From: Macrostomum hystrix
Taxonomy: Eukaryota; Animalia; Platyhelminthes
Assembly: GCA_950097015.1 (NCBI GenBank)
Contig: CATNEN010000003.1
Coordinates: forward strand, 10,230,001 to 10,294,000
Reading direction: 5' to 3'
Length of the DNA: 64,000 nt
Under the pieces are notes generated by a model that saw nothing but the letters and a program-made list of their open reading frames with translations, searched no databases and had not been told where the DNA came from. Shown here one piece after another: positions 35,244 through 47,810 of this stretch; the first letter of the stretch is position 1, and every line of letters begins with the position of its first letter. The position numbers and the translations under genes are program-made.

Positions 35244-38200
35244 ATGGCACAGGGACAGCCTGAATCATTTCAGAAGTTTTATGAAGAAGTAAGTTTTTAC
35301 TAATCATTATTTTTTCTGATTACCATTTCCTAAATTAATAGAAGGTTCCCTCTATACCTTTGTTAACTAGCTAGCCAAGAACAAAGAAGAGACCTTGAAG
35401 CACACACATTTTAGAAAACATACACATAGAAAGCACACACATAAGATACACATAAGATTGCCCTTTCATAAAATAAAAAAATGTGTAAATATGTCTATGA
35501 ATTGTGTTGGCATAATGTCTCATAATGACCATAGTCCAGATCATGTAGTGCACACCAGAAAGTGCACGCCAGAATTTTCTGGCATGCATTTTCAAATTTG
35601 GGCTGCAGTGGCTTGCAAACAGAAAAATTGGCCTGTAATAGTCCATAGTCAGGAAGGTGGCAGAGTGTGCGCCGGAATAAATTTTGGAGGGACAATCTGT
35701 GTGCCGTCTGTGCGCCGTCTGTGCGCCATCTGTGCGCCGTCTGTGCGCCATCTGTGTGCCATCTATGCGCTGTTTCTGTCCCCTAGCCCTGACCCTACAC
35801 AGAAAAGCACCCTATGTTAACCTAAGGGTTATATGATGTATTAATGTTACGAAATAAAATACGTTCATCATACAGTTAGGTTATCGCATTCACAGATCGC
35901 AGATATATATGTAATATTGAAAAAAACTGAATTGAAACGAAAGCAGTAATTGTAAGTTGTAACACAGTTCGGACAGTTGATGGGAAACAGGAAATACGAA
36001 AAATATTTACGAGTTACGACAATGATACAAGATGTTCAATCATACGATTTCAAAAATTATGAACAATTTCAATATTTGAAAAATGCCGTTAGAATAACAA
36101 ATATGCAATTTACGACAAATTACGACTTCTAGGAATTTATAGTGTGTACTGCAGCTTATGGGCCAATGTGCGCCGAGACCCTTTGTGTGTGCTGCACTTG
36201 TGCGCCAATGTGCGCCGAGACCCTTTGTGTGCGCCGCGCTTGTGCGCTGATGTGCTCCGAAACCCTTTGTGTGCGCCGGAATTTTCCGCCTCAGAGGCCA
36301 CCTTCCTGACTATGGGTAATAGTAGGGCTCTGCAGGGCATGGCGTGGTGTGCGCGTGTGTTGTAGGTGGCATAAAAGAACATTATCGATTTTGTGACATT
36401 TTGTGTTCATGTTTGTCTTATCTGTATCATTCTAATTTGAAATTTTCTTTTTTTCTACTTTTAATGTTTTTACTAATTGTAAAAATTATTCTAACATTTT
36501 TTACTTATCCATATTTCTTTCTTTTGTACTTTGTCTTTTCAATATTTGCTTTGTTGTAATGCATTTTTTCATTTTCAAATTTGAACAAATTGCTTAAGAA
36601 TAGGTCTATAGGTATAGGTTTAGGTACAAGCGTTTAGATATGTATGGATAGGCCTATCTGTATAAATATGGTTAGGTATTGATGTACATATATAGGCATG
36701 TATAGGTATCAATGTTATTTGGGAAGGGTGTTAGCAAAATTAAAAATGAAACCCAAATCAAAATTAGAATTGATCTCTAAATGGGGTTTATGTAAATTTA
36801 TCATGTGTCTTTTTGGCGTGCAGTAGAAGTTTTGTGGCGTGCATCCACTTGCTGTCAGCGTACAAACAAATTTTTCATTTCACCTTCTGGCATGCACCAA
36901 GCATGATCGGGACTGTAGCATAATGAGTGTACAGAATCAAGCAGAGATCTAACTTGTCATCCAGATATGACATGTTTGAATATGAAGAAATCAAAGCTTA
37001 AACAATTTTAGTCTTTCTAAAAAAGTGTAACACTCAATGAGACAAAATCAATACCATGAATTTGTGGTTTGGATTTGGTTTAAGACAAAAAGTATATGTG
37101 AAACAGTATAATCCATGACATTGACATGTAAGTTTAAAATTATATATCCAATATCCCCCTAAAACACAACTGATTTCTTTATTACCCTAGTACAATTTTT
37201 GTTATTTTTTAAATGAAATAGAAGAATATATAAATGTTTAATATTTTTTAATGCACTTAATTTGTAATATCTAGAATTATAAATTTCTGAGAATGCATGT
37301 TTTTTATTTTAAATTGAAATTCAAGCAATCAGTGTGTTATAGCTAATAGTACAGTTGATTGAAATGAAGTTGTCCATATAGCATCAAATGTTATTTCTGA
37401 ACAAGTGTTTAAATATGTTTTTAAATACATGTTTGAATATGTAATTTATGTCACAGTTGAACTGATGCTTAATTGATGACAACAAAATGTGTCCCTTAAA
37501 CTAATCAATAATTAACAGGTAAAACAAATTGAGGAGCGCGACTCAGTGCTAACACCTAAACAGCAGATTGAACGATTGAATCGTCCTGGCAGTTCTTATT
37601 TCAATCTAAATCCATTCGATGTTCTGCAGGTGAGTCCATATTAACAGTAGGACTACCAAGGATTTTGACCAAAAAAATTGCTAAAACCGCTGTGTGGTGA
37701 CTGATTGGTTGACAGACTGGTTGAGCTATGCCTGATATTTAGGCTTGATTAGTGAAATTGGAGAAATCGCGTCAGGGTGTCCATAGTGGCCTAGTTTAAC
37801 CTGTTGTAGCCCTTGAAGGTCCAGCAGTCCGACTTGATAAAGGTAGGTGACCACCGAAGACGGAGATGATGCAGGCACATTCGGGTGACATGCTGATAAA
37901 TTTTGAAGGCCTGGCAAGGCGGTACTGAGGCGTTGTGCAAATTCGTGTATTGGAGTGCATGAAATACACTAGCGCTTAAGCGGGAAATCTTGATTATTGT
38001 TTCAGAAGATGCGCAAAAAAAGTTGGGCCGTGTTCTCAAGTTTCATGTGCTTGCTCGTGTGCTTGCGTATATTTTTTAAAATCATAATGTTCTACTTATT
38101 AGCAGTAGGCTAGCAAACATATAAAATCCATAATTCTTGCTTCTAATCCATCGAGGTTGATCCAGAAACTCCGCTGCAGGAGATAAAAAAGAAATACCGC

Positions 38201-39538
38201 CAGATGTCGCTGCTGGTGCATCCGGATAAGAATCCGGGCGGAGATCACGACAAGGCGCAGCGCGCCTTCGAGGCCTGCAATCGGGCGTTTAAAACTTTGG
38301 ACACAGACGAGGGCTACAAACGCTGCCTGGAGATTGTTGAAGAGGCCAAACGGAAAGTAGACGAAACAATGGAAGAGAAGAGAAAGCGACGGCGCAAAGA
38401 GGGACTGGTGAGCGAGGGTCTTGACAACTTCTTCCCCTCTGTTTTTCCACTTCATTCTCCCCCTACACTCTGTTTTCCTTCCCTTACATTCTCCCCTACA
38501 CTCTGTTTTCCTTCCCTTACATTCTTCCCTACAGTCTGTTTTCTTCCCCTTAGATTCTCCCCTACACTCTGTTTTCTTCCCCTTAGATTCTACCATACAC
38601 TCTGTTTTCTTCCCCTTAGATTCTCCCCTATACTGTTTTCTTCCCCTTAGATTCTCCCCTACACTCTGTTTTCTTCCCCTTAGATTCTCCCCTATACTCT
38701 GTTTTCTTCCCCTTAGATTCTCCCCTATACTCTGTTTTCTTCCCCTTAGATTCTACCATACACTCTGTTTTCTTCCCCTTAGATTCTCCCCTACACTCTG
38801 TTTTCTTCCCCTTAGATTCTCCCCTACACTCTGTTTTCTTCCCCTTAGATTCTACCATACACTCTGTTTTCTTCCCCTTAGATTCTCCCCTACACTCTGT
38901 TTTCTTCCCCCTTGATTTTCCCCTACACTCTGTTTTCTTCCCCTTAGATTCTCCCCTACAATCTGTTTTCTTCCCCTTAGATTCTCCCCTACACTCCGTT
39001 TCCTTCCCTTACATTCTCCCGTACACTCTGTTTTCTTCCCCTACATTCTCCCCTACACTCTGTTTTCTTCCCCTTAGATTCTCCCCCTACACTCTGTTTT
39101 CTTCCCCTTACATACTGCCCCTCTCCCCTCCCTAATCTTCAGAGCTCCGAAATCGAAGAGGACGAGCCGGCCGGCCACCGCAAAGCTGTCTACGTACAAA
39201 CCTGTCGCCTATTCGCCGACCTAGAGAAGCTCAGGCAGAATGAGGAGACGCGGGCAGCCAACGAGCGCAAACGAAAAGCAGCTGAGGAGGAAGCCGCCAA
39301 AGAAACCAAAGAGCATCAGAAGGAGTGGCAGAAGAATTTTGAAGAATCGCGCGACGAACGCACCCAGAGTTGGCGCAGTTTCACCTCCACAGCTTCTACT
39401 GCCGACGGAGTGGCGGCTGCCAGCGAGGCGCCTGCCGTAAAGAAGGCAAAGAAAAAGAAGACGAAGGCTGGCAACATGCTTGGCGGATTTCGGCCGCCCA
39501 AACATCGAGCCGAAGAGCGACAGCAGCATCAAAGTTAA
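35244..39538 (+). CDS. DNAJC8: DnaJ homolog subfamily C member 8 (SPF31), 4 exons, ~267 aa
   Basis: Exons 35244-35288, 37519-37629, 38156-38407, 39143-39538 join in frame (804 nt). Motifs FYEEVKQIEERDSVLT, RPGSSYFNLNPFDVLQ, LLVHPDKN (J-domain HPD), WQKNFEESRD, FRPPK. AATAAA follows the stop immediately. Confidence 0.95.
35529..36918. mobile_element. Non-autonomous DNA transposon (outer) in DNAJC8 intron 1
   Basis: Imperfect ~37-bp TIRs (CCATAGTCCAGATCATG..CCAGAAAGTG / CACCTTCTGG..CATGATCGGGACTGTAG); 8-bp TSD CATAATGA at 35521-35528 and 36919-36926. Confidence 0.8.
35643..36315. mobile_element. MITE (inner) nested inside the outer element
   Basis: Perfect 19-bp TIR CCATAGTCAGGAAGGTGGC; 8-bp TSD GTAATAGT at 35635-35642 and 36316-36323; subterminal TGTGCGCC repeats. 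Confidence 0.88.
38450..39110. repeat. 32-bp minisatellite, DNAJC8 intron 3
   Basis: Unit CTCCCCTACACTCTGTTTTCTTCCCCTTAGATT. Confidence 0.92.
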
Positions 39539-41064
39539 ATAAATACATTTTTGTAAAGAAAAGCACTACTTACTACTGTTCTAACAGCCAGTTTTTAAAG
39601 TAGTATGACGAGAAAATGTAGGTAGAAAAATAACAAATAAAAATGACGATGTAAGCTAATTAAATGTTAACAGTGTTTTAAAGCGCGCGCATTTTCATTA
39701 ACTGTCTTTTTTTAGCGTTGTTTAATACTGTTTTAGTAATCAAATTATTTCTAATATAAAATATATTAAAATGCACAATGGCTACTACTGTAGGCCAGCC
39801 TGCTTGTATAGACTAAACTGCCTTCTATTTGCACTTTTAATTTATTCAGTTAAAAACTCGATCTTTGAGTTGCTGTTCTTTTATTATGAAGATAGTAATT
39901 CTGATGGAGATGTAAATAGGTTAAGAGAGACGAGTCGATGTAAATTTTAATGAAACTCTTAGTGCAATTGAAAGTACAAAAATATATCGATCTGGGAATT
40001 AAGCAATTTAAACAGCCTTTGAAAAAACTCAGCCCTCTTTAGATGAAGTTCCTATTGATAGAGTAATTTAAATTTACTTCTGAATCCAAAAATTGTCATT
40101 TAATACCCCCGAGGCAACACTTATATGTATATTTACTTTTTGTGTGAGTTACTTAGTGTATCTCAAGGAAAAATTACTCGAACCATTTTGACTGAGAATT
40201 TAGTCGTTTCTAGTTGCTAAATTTTAAACTGTACAAATCTAAAGGTTTTCTTAAAATACTTGGACTCTTTCGTCGGGTTATTGTCTTATAGATCCTCAGT
40301 TCGGATCCCAAATCCTAAATATCCCTTACAAAATCTTAGCCTAAATCCCTTAGAAGTCTTAGGTTTGATCCTTAATCCCCTGACCCTAAATCCCTTAGAA
40401 GTCTTTGGTTTGATCCACAAAATCCTGACCCTAAATCACCTGACTTTGAATGCCTTAGAAGTACGAGTATATTGACCTTGTAATGTCCAGCATATTTTAG
40501 CCTTGATCAAAATCTCCTAGATCCTTAATCTCTAGATCCAGTCTAATTACACTCATATTGTTTCCTAGATCTATAAGGTTTGATCCTAAATTGCACAGAA
40601 CACATGTTTATCCCAAGCCAACCAAGAATCCCATGAAGGCCAAAAAAGTTTAAACTGCAAAAGAACTGCATTATCCGAGTTTATTGGCAAAATGGCCTCT
40701 GGTTTTCTAGTGTCATTAAAGGTAGAATTGTCGTTTGAAACCACCTGACTGACAGAGCCAGTTGTGCTGCACTGAAGGGTTAGAAGGCAAAAGACTCGAC
40801 AAGTGCAGCACTCGTATTAGTACATAAAAATGGGTCTAAAATATTCATCGATGCTATTCACAGTTGTTATTTCATATTTTTGTGACCTCTATTGGAATGT
40901 TATTTATATTTGCATGCATACCTGTCCCCCGATCTATTCATATGGGATAACTTTAGGGAGTGAGGTATTTTCGCTTATGAACGCATGAAATTCATAAAAT
41001 GCTTTTTGACCCTTTTAAACGGACAAAATCATGCACAAAACTTTGAGTTAGTAATTGGTGACGA

Positions 41065-43420
41065 GGCAAGAGTGGAACAGGGAGTGAACAGGAGTGGAAG
41101 AGAGAGTGAACAGCAGTGGAACAGAGAGTGAACAGGAGTGGAACAGAGAGTGAACAGCAGTGGAACAGAGAGTGAACAGGAGTGGAACAGAGAGTGAACA
41201 GCAGTGGAACAGAGAGTGAAAAGGAGTGGAACAGAGAGTGAACAGCAGTGGAACAGAGAGTGAACAGGAGTGGAACAGGGAGTGAAAAGGAGTGGAACAG
41301 AGTCCCAAGAATGGAAGAAAGAGCGATAAAAATTGGAAGAGTGAATGACAAGAGTGGAAGAGAGAGTGACAAGAGTGGAAGAGAGAGTGACAATGAGTGG
41401 AAGAGAGAGTGACAAGAGTGGAAGAGAGAGTGACAAGAATGGAAGAGAGAGTGACAAGAGTGGAAGAGAGAGTGACAAGAGTGGAAGAGAGAATGACAAG
41501 AGTGGAAGAGAGAGTGACAATGAGTGGAAGAGAGAGTGACAATGAGTGGAAGAGAGAGTGACAGGAATGGAAGAGAGAGTGACAATGAGTGGAAGAGAGA
41601 GTGACAGGAATGGAAGAGAGAGTGACAAGAGTGGAAGAGAGAGTGACAAGAGTGGAAGAGAGAGTGACAATGAGTGGAAGAGAGAGTGACAATGAGTGGA
41701 AGAGAGAGTGACAAGAGTGGAAGAGAGAGTGACAAGAATGGAAGAGAGAGTGACAAGAGTGGAAGAGAGAGTGACAAGAGTGGAAGAGAGAGTGACAAGA
41801 GTGGAAGAGAGAATGATAAGAGTGGAAGAGAGAGTGACAATGAGTGGAAGAGAGAGTGACAGGAATGGAAGAGAGAGTGACAATGAGTGGAAGAGAGAGT
41901 GACAGGAATGGAAGAGAGAGTGACAAAAGTGGAAGAGAGAGTGACAAGAGTGGAAGAGAGAGTGACAATGAGTGGAAGAGAGAGTGACAGGAATGGAAGA
42001 GAGAGTGACAAGAGTGGAAGAGAGAGTGACAAGAGTGGAAGAGAGAGTGACAAGAGTGGAAGAGAGAGTGACAATGAGTGGAAGAGAGAGTGACAATGAG
42101 TGGAAGAGAGAGTGACAGGAATGGAAGAGAGAGTGACAGGAATGGAAGAGAGTGACAAGAGTGGAAGAGAGAGTGACAGGAATGGAAGAGAGAGTGACAA
42201 TGAGTGGAAGAGAGAGTGACAGGAATGGAAGAGAGAGTGACAAGAGTGGAAGAGAGAGTGACAATGAGTGGAAGAGAGAGTGACAAGAGTGGAAGAGAGA
42301 GTGACAAGAGTGGAAGAGAGAGTGACAAGAGTGGAAGAGAGAGTGACAATGAGTGGAAGAGAGAGTGACAGGAATGGAAGAGAGAGTGACAAGAGTGGAA
42401 GAGAGAGTGACAATGAGTGGAAGAGAGAGTGACAAGAGTGGAAGAGAGAGTGACAAGAGTGGAAGAGAGTGACAAGAGTGGAAGAGAGTGACAAGAGTGG
42501 AAGAGAGAGTGACAAGAGTGGAAGAGAGAGTGACAGGAATGGAAGAGAGTGACAAGAGTGGAAGAGAGAGTGACAATGAGTGGAAGAGAGAGTGACAATG
42601 AGTGGAAGAGAGAGTGACAGAATTGGAAGAGAGAGTGACAATGAGTGGAAGAGAGAGTGACAGGAATGGAAGAGAGAGTGACAATGAGTGGAAGAGAGAG
42701 TGACAAGAGTGGAAGAGAGAGTGACAAGAATGGAAGAGAGAGTGACAAGAGTGGAAGAGAGAGTGACAAGAGTGGAAGAGAGAATGACAATGAGTGGAAG
42801 CGAGAGTGACAATGAGTGGAAGAGAGAGTGACAATGAGTGGAAGAGAGAGTGACAATGAGTGGAAGCGAGAGTGACAATGAGTGGAAGAGAGAGTGACAG
42901 GAATGGAAGAGAGAGTGACAGGAATGGAAGAGAGTGACAAGAGTGGAAGAGAGAGTGACAGGAATGGAAGAGAGAGTGACAATAAGTGGAAGAGAGAGTG
43001 ACAGGAATGGAAGAGAGAGTGACAATGAGTGGAAGAGAGAGTGACAATGAGTGGAAGAGAGAGTGACAGGAATGGAAGAGAGAGTGACAAGAGTGGAAGA
43101 GAGAGTGACAATGAGTGGAAGAGAGAGTGACAAGAGTGGAAGAGAGAGTGACAAGAGTGGAAGAGAGTGACAAGAGTGGAAGAGAGAGTGACAAGAGTGG
43201 AAGAGAGAGTGACAGGAATGGAAGAGAGTGAGAAGAGTGGAAGAGAGAGTGACAAGAGTGGAAGAGAGAGTGACAATGAGTGGAAGAGAGAGTGACAGGA
43301 ATGAAATAGAGAGTCACAAGAATGAAATAGAGATTGAGAATGAGTGGAAGAGAGCGATAAAAACTGGAAGAGCGAATGACAAGAGTGTAAGAGAGAGTGA
43401 CAATGAGTGAAAGTGAGAGT
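41065..43420. repeat. Purine-rich 20-22-bp satellite
   Basis: Units GTGGAACAGAGAGTGAACAG.. followed by GTGGAAGAGAGAGTGACAA(T)GA; explains the 700-800 aa spurious ORFs. Confidence 0.95.
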
Positions 43421-44129
43421 GGCATAAAAACAAACTTTGGTGTGTACATAGTGTAGTGTACATAAAACAAACTTTTTATTGAACTTTAACCAAAGAGCTA
43501 ATGGAAATGCATAGATATTTCACATTGAGTAAGTATTTAACCATCAATTTACAATTTGCATTTGCCGTTAAACACCTCGGCAATAAGGCGGCAGACTTCA
43601 AAGAGTTAAGTGAGAGGCAGATGTGAATTAAACAGAACTACATCGGAGGGGGGATAACAAAGTTGCCCTGGTGAAAGTTAAGTGCAAGTTAGTGTGCGCG
43701 TGTTTGGCCTACAGCGGTGACTGGGTCAAATAACTTTTTTCTGGTCAAAGCAATAAATTTTGTTGTGAATGCTTCGTAAAGGCACAGTTGAAAGTTGAAC
43801 TGCAATGCACAAAATCTTGGCATAGCTGTTGGTGCTTTTGTGATTATTATCAACAACAATGTCCTCACAATAAATGAACTCAATTCAATACAGCTATTCA
43901 TGTATGTTTATAGTACACAGGTGCAAAATACAGCCAAGTCAGTTCGTTATGGTCAGAAAGATGTTTGAATTAAAAATTTATCATTCAATGTGTTTTTAGG
44001 TGGATAAATACATCTAATAAAAGTTTCAGTAATGGTTTTATTGCTGATATATTGTAATTTTCTGTAACTACGCTCGTACGCTGCGGAAGCAGAAAAACAT
44101 ACGAGAGGGAAGAAAATAAAGTAGAAGAG

Positions 44130-45615
44130 AAGAGAGTGGGTAGAAAAAGAATAGAGGGAAGAGAGTGGTCAGAAAGAGGAGAGAGGAGAGATAGCGGGTA
44201 GAGAGAGGAGAGATAGTGGGTAGAGAGAGGAGAGATAGTGGGTAGAGAGAGGAGAGATAGTGGGTAGAGAGAGGAGAGATAGTGGGTAGAGAGAGGAGAG
44301 ATAGTGGGTAGAGAGAGGAGAGAGAGTGGATAGAAAGAGGAGAGAGGAGAGATAGTGGGTAGAGAAAGGAGAGATATTGGGTAGAGAGAGGAGAGAGAGT
44401 GGGTAGAGAGAGGAGAGATAGTGGGTACAGAGAGGAGAGATAGTGGGTAGAGAGAGGAGAGATAGTGGGTAGAGAGAGAAGAGATACTGGGTAGAGAGAG
44501 GAGAGAGGTGATAGAGGGGGGTAGAAAGAGGAGAGATAGTGGATAGAGAGAGGAGAGAGAGTGGGTAGAGAGAGGAGAGAGAGTGGATTGAAAGAGGAGA
44601 GAGAGTGGATAGAAGGAGGAGAGAGGAGAGATAGTGGGTAGAGAAAGGAGAGATGGTGGGTAGAGAGAGGAGAGATAGTGGGTAGAGAGAGGAGAGAGAG
44701 TGGATTGAAAGAGGAGAGAGAGTGGATAGAAGGAGGAGAGAGGAGAGAGTGGGTAGAAAGAGGAGAGAGGTGATAGAGGGGGGTAGAAAGAGGAGAGATA
44801 GTGGATAGAGAGAGGAGAGAGAGTGGGTAGAGAGAGGAGAGATAGTGGGTAGAGAGAGGAGAGAGAGTGGGTAGAGAGAGGAGAGATAGTGGGTAGAGAG
44901 AGGAGAGATAGTGGGTAGAGAGAGGAGAGATAGTGGGTAGAGAGAGGAGAGATAGTGGGTAGAGAGAGGAGAGATAGTGGGTAGAGAGAGAAGAAAGAGT
45001 GGATAGAAAGAGGAGAGAGGAGAGATAGTGGGTAGAGAAAGGAGAGATAGTGGGTAGAGAGAGGAGAGAGAGTGGATAGAAAGAGGAGAGAGGAGAGATA
45101 GTGGGTAGAGAAAGGAGAGATAGTGGGTAGAGAGAGGAGAGAGAGTGGATAGAAAGAGGATAGAGGAGAGATAGTGGGTAGAGAAAGGAGAGATGGTGGG
45201 TAGAGAGAGGAGAGATAGTGGGTAGAGAGAGGAGAGATAGTGGGTAGAGAGAGGAGAGATAGTGGGTAGAGAGAGGAGAGATAGTGGGTAGAGAGAGGAG
45301 AGATAGTGGGTAGAGAGAGGAGAGAGAGTGGGTAGAGAGAGGAGAGATGGTGGGTAGAGAGAGGAGTGAGAGTGGGTAGAGAGAGGAGAGAGGAGAGATA
45401 GTGGGTAGAGAGAGGAGAGAGAGTGGGTAGAGTGAGGAGAGAGAGTGGGTAGAGAGAGGAGAGATGGTGGGTAGAGAGAGGAGAGAGAGTGGGTAGAGAG
45501 AGGAGAGAAAGTGGGTAGAGTGAGGAGAGAGAGTGGGTAGAGAGAGGAGAGAGGAGAGATAGTGGATAGAGAGAGGAGAGAGAGTGGGTAGAGTGAGGAG
45601 AGAGAGTGGGTAGAG
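44130..45615. repeat. Purine-rich ~21-bp satellite
   Basis: Unit AGAGAGAGGAGAGATAGTGGGT. Confidence 0.93.
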
Positions 45616-46089
45616 AGTTAGGAAATAGCTCGTAGACAGTGCAAGCAGCAGATTTCGCGGGGAAAAGTGAAAGAGATTTGTTTTGTACTGCTATTATTTG
45701 TTTTTATGCCTTAGCAGGGGTCCAAAAATATGCAAGTCAATACTTAAATAGCATTTTCTTACGTGTCACGTTTCACATTAAATTAGCTATAGTCAATTGA
45801 ACAGAGATCCATTTCAATAATTCTTTTTTATTTTCATATTTCAGAAATGCGTTCTACAAACGGATTACTTATTTTCTGAATTTTAGTTCTCTTCTTTGAA
45901 TAAGATATTTAGAAGGGTTTTGGAGCTACAAGAAAAAGATTAATTCGCTGTTAGCGTAATATGATCTAATAATTAATTTAAATGTATCAGTGATGACGTA
46001 CGTTTTCGATATCAGATATTGATTGACTGCTAAAGCGATGAGAACTGGGAAACTTGAGTTGTTGGGGAGTGCAGAATAGTTTAGAAAGC

Positions 46090-47810
46090 ATCAGAGAATA
46101 GGATAGAACAGAGCGAACGAGAGAATGGAATAAAATGGAAGGAAAGGGGAGAGAGTAGAGGAGAGAATAGATGAGAGAGGAGAGGAGAGAATAGATGAGA
46201 GAGCAGAGGAGAGAATAGATGAGAGAGGAGAGGAGAGAATAGATAGAGAGGAGAGGAGAGAATAGATGAGAGAGGAGAGGAGAGAATAGATGAGAGAGCA
46301 GAGGAGAGAATAGATGAGAGAGGAGAGGAGAGAATAGATGAGAGAGGAGAGGAGAGAATATATTAGAGAGGAGAGGAGAGAATAGATGAGAGAGCAGAGG
46401 AGAGAATAGATAAGAGAGGAGAGGAGAGAATAGATGAGAGAGCAGAGGAGAGAATAGATGAGAGAGCAGAGGAGAGAATAGATGAGAGAGCAGAGGAGAG
46501 AATAGATGAGAGAGCAGAGGAGAGAATAGATGAGAGAGCAGAGGAGAGAATAGATGAGAGTGGAGAGGAGAGAATAGATTAGTTGAGAGAGGAGAGGAGA
46601 GAATAGATGAGAGAGCAGAGGAGAGAATAGATGAGAGAGGAGAGGAGAGAATAGATGAGAGATAAGAGGAGAGAATAGATGAGAGAGCAGAGGAGAGGAT
46701 AGATAAGAGAGCAGAGCAGAGGATAGAGGAGAGAGGAGAGGAGAGGATAGAGGAGAGAGGTGAGGATAGAGGAGAGAGGAGAGGATAGATGAGAGAGCAG
46801 AGGAGAGAATAGGTGAGAGAGGAGAGGAGAGGATAGAGGAGAGAGGAGAGGATAGATGAGAGAGGAGAGGAGAGAATAGATGAGAGAGGAGAGGAGAGAA
46901 TAGATGAGAGAGCAGAGGAGAGAATATATGAGTGAGCAGAGGAGAGAATAGATAAGAGAGGAGAGGAGAGAATAGATGAGAGATAAGAGGAGAGAATAGA
47001 TGAGAGAGCAGAGGAGAGGATAGATAAGAGAGCAGAGGAGAGGATAGAGGAGAGAGCAGAGGAGAGGATAGAGGAGAGAGGAGAGGAGAGGATAGAGGAG
47101 AGAGGTGAGGATAGAGGAGAGAGGAGAGGATAGATGAGAGAGGAGAGGAGAGAATAGATGAGAGAGGAGAGGAGAGGATAGAGGAGAGAGGAGAGGATAG
47201 ATGAGAGAGGAGAGGAGAGAATAGATGAGAGAGCAGAGGAGAGAATATATGAGAGAGCAGAGGAGAGAATATATGAGTGAGCAGAGGAGAGAATAGATGA
47301 GAGAGGAGAGGAGAAAATAGATGAGAGAGGAGAGGAGAGAATAGATGAGAGAGGAGAGGAGAGAATAGATGAGAGAGGAGAGGAGAGAATAGATGAGAGA
47401 AGAGAGGAGAGAATAGATGAGAGAGGAGAGGAGAGAATATATGAGAGAGCAGAGGAGAGAATAGATAAGAGAGCAGAGGAGAGGATAGAGGAGAGAGTAG
47501 AGGAGAGAGGAGAGGAGAGGATAGAGGAGAGAGGTGAGGATAGAGGAGAGAGGAGAGGATAGATGAGAGAGGAGAGGAGAGAATAGATGAGAGAGGAGAG
47601 GAGAGGATAGAGGAGAGAGGAGAGGATAGATGAGAGAGGAGAGGAGAGAATCGATGAGAGAGCAGAGGAGAGAATAGATAAGAGAGCAGAGGAGATAATA
47701 GATGAAAGAGCAGAGGAGAGAATAGATGAGAGAGGAGAGGAGAGAATAGATAAGAGAGGAGAGGAGAGAATAGATGAGAGATAAGAGGAGAGAATAGATG
47801 AGAGAGGAGA
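46090..47810. repeat. Purine-rich 24-bp satellite
   Basis: Unit AGAGGAGAGGAGAGAATAGATGAG. Confidence 0.93.

Noticed and set aside
37755-38030. Telomerase RNA or RNase P/MRP identity for the intronic element
   Set aside because: No CTAACCC template, the AGTTGGGC segment lacks a P6.1 stem, and there is no P4 complement for GAAGGTCCAG.
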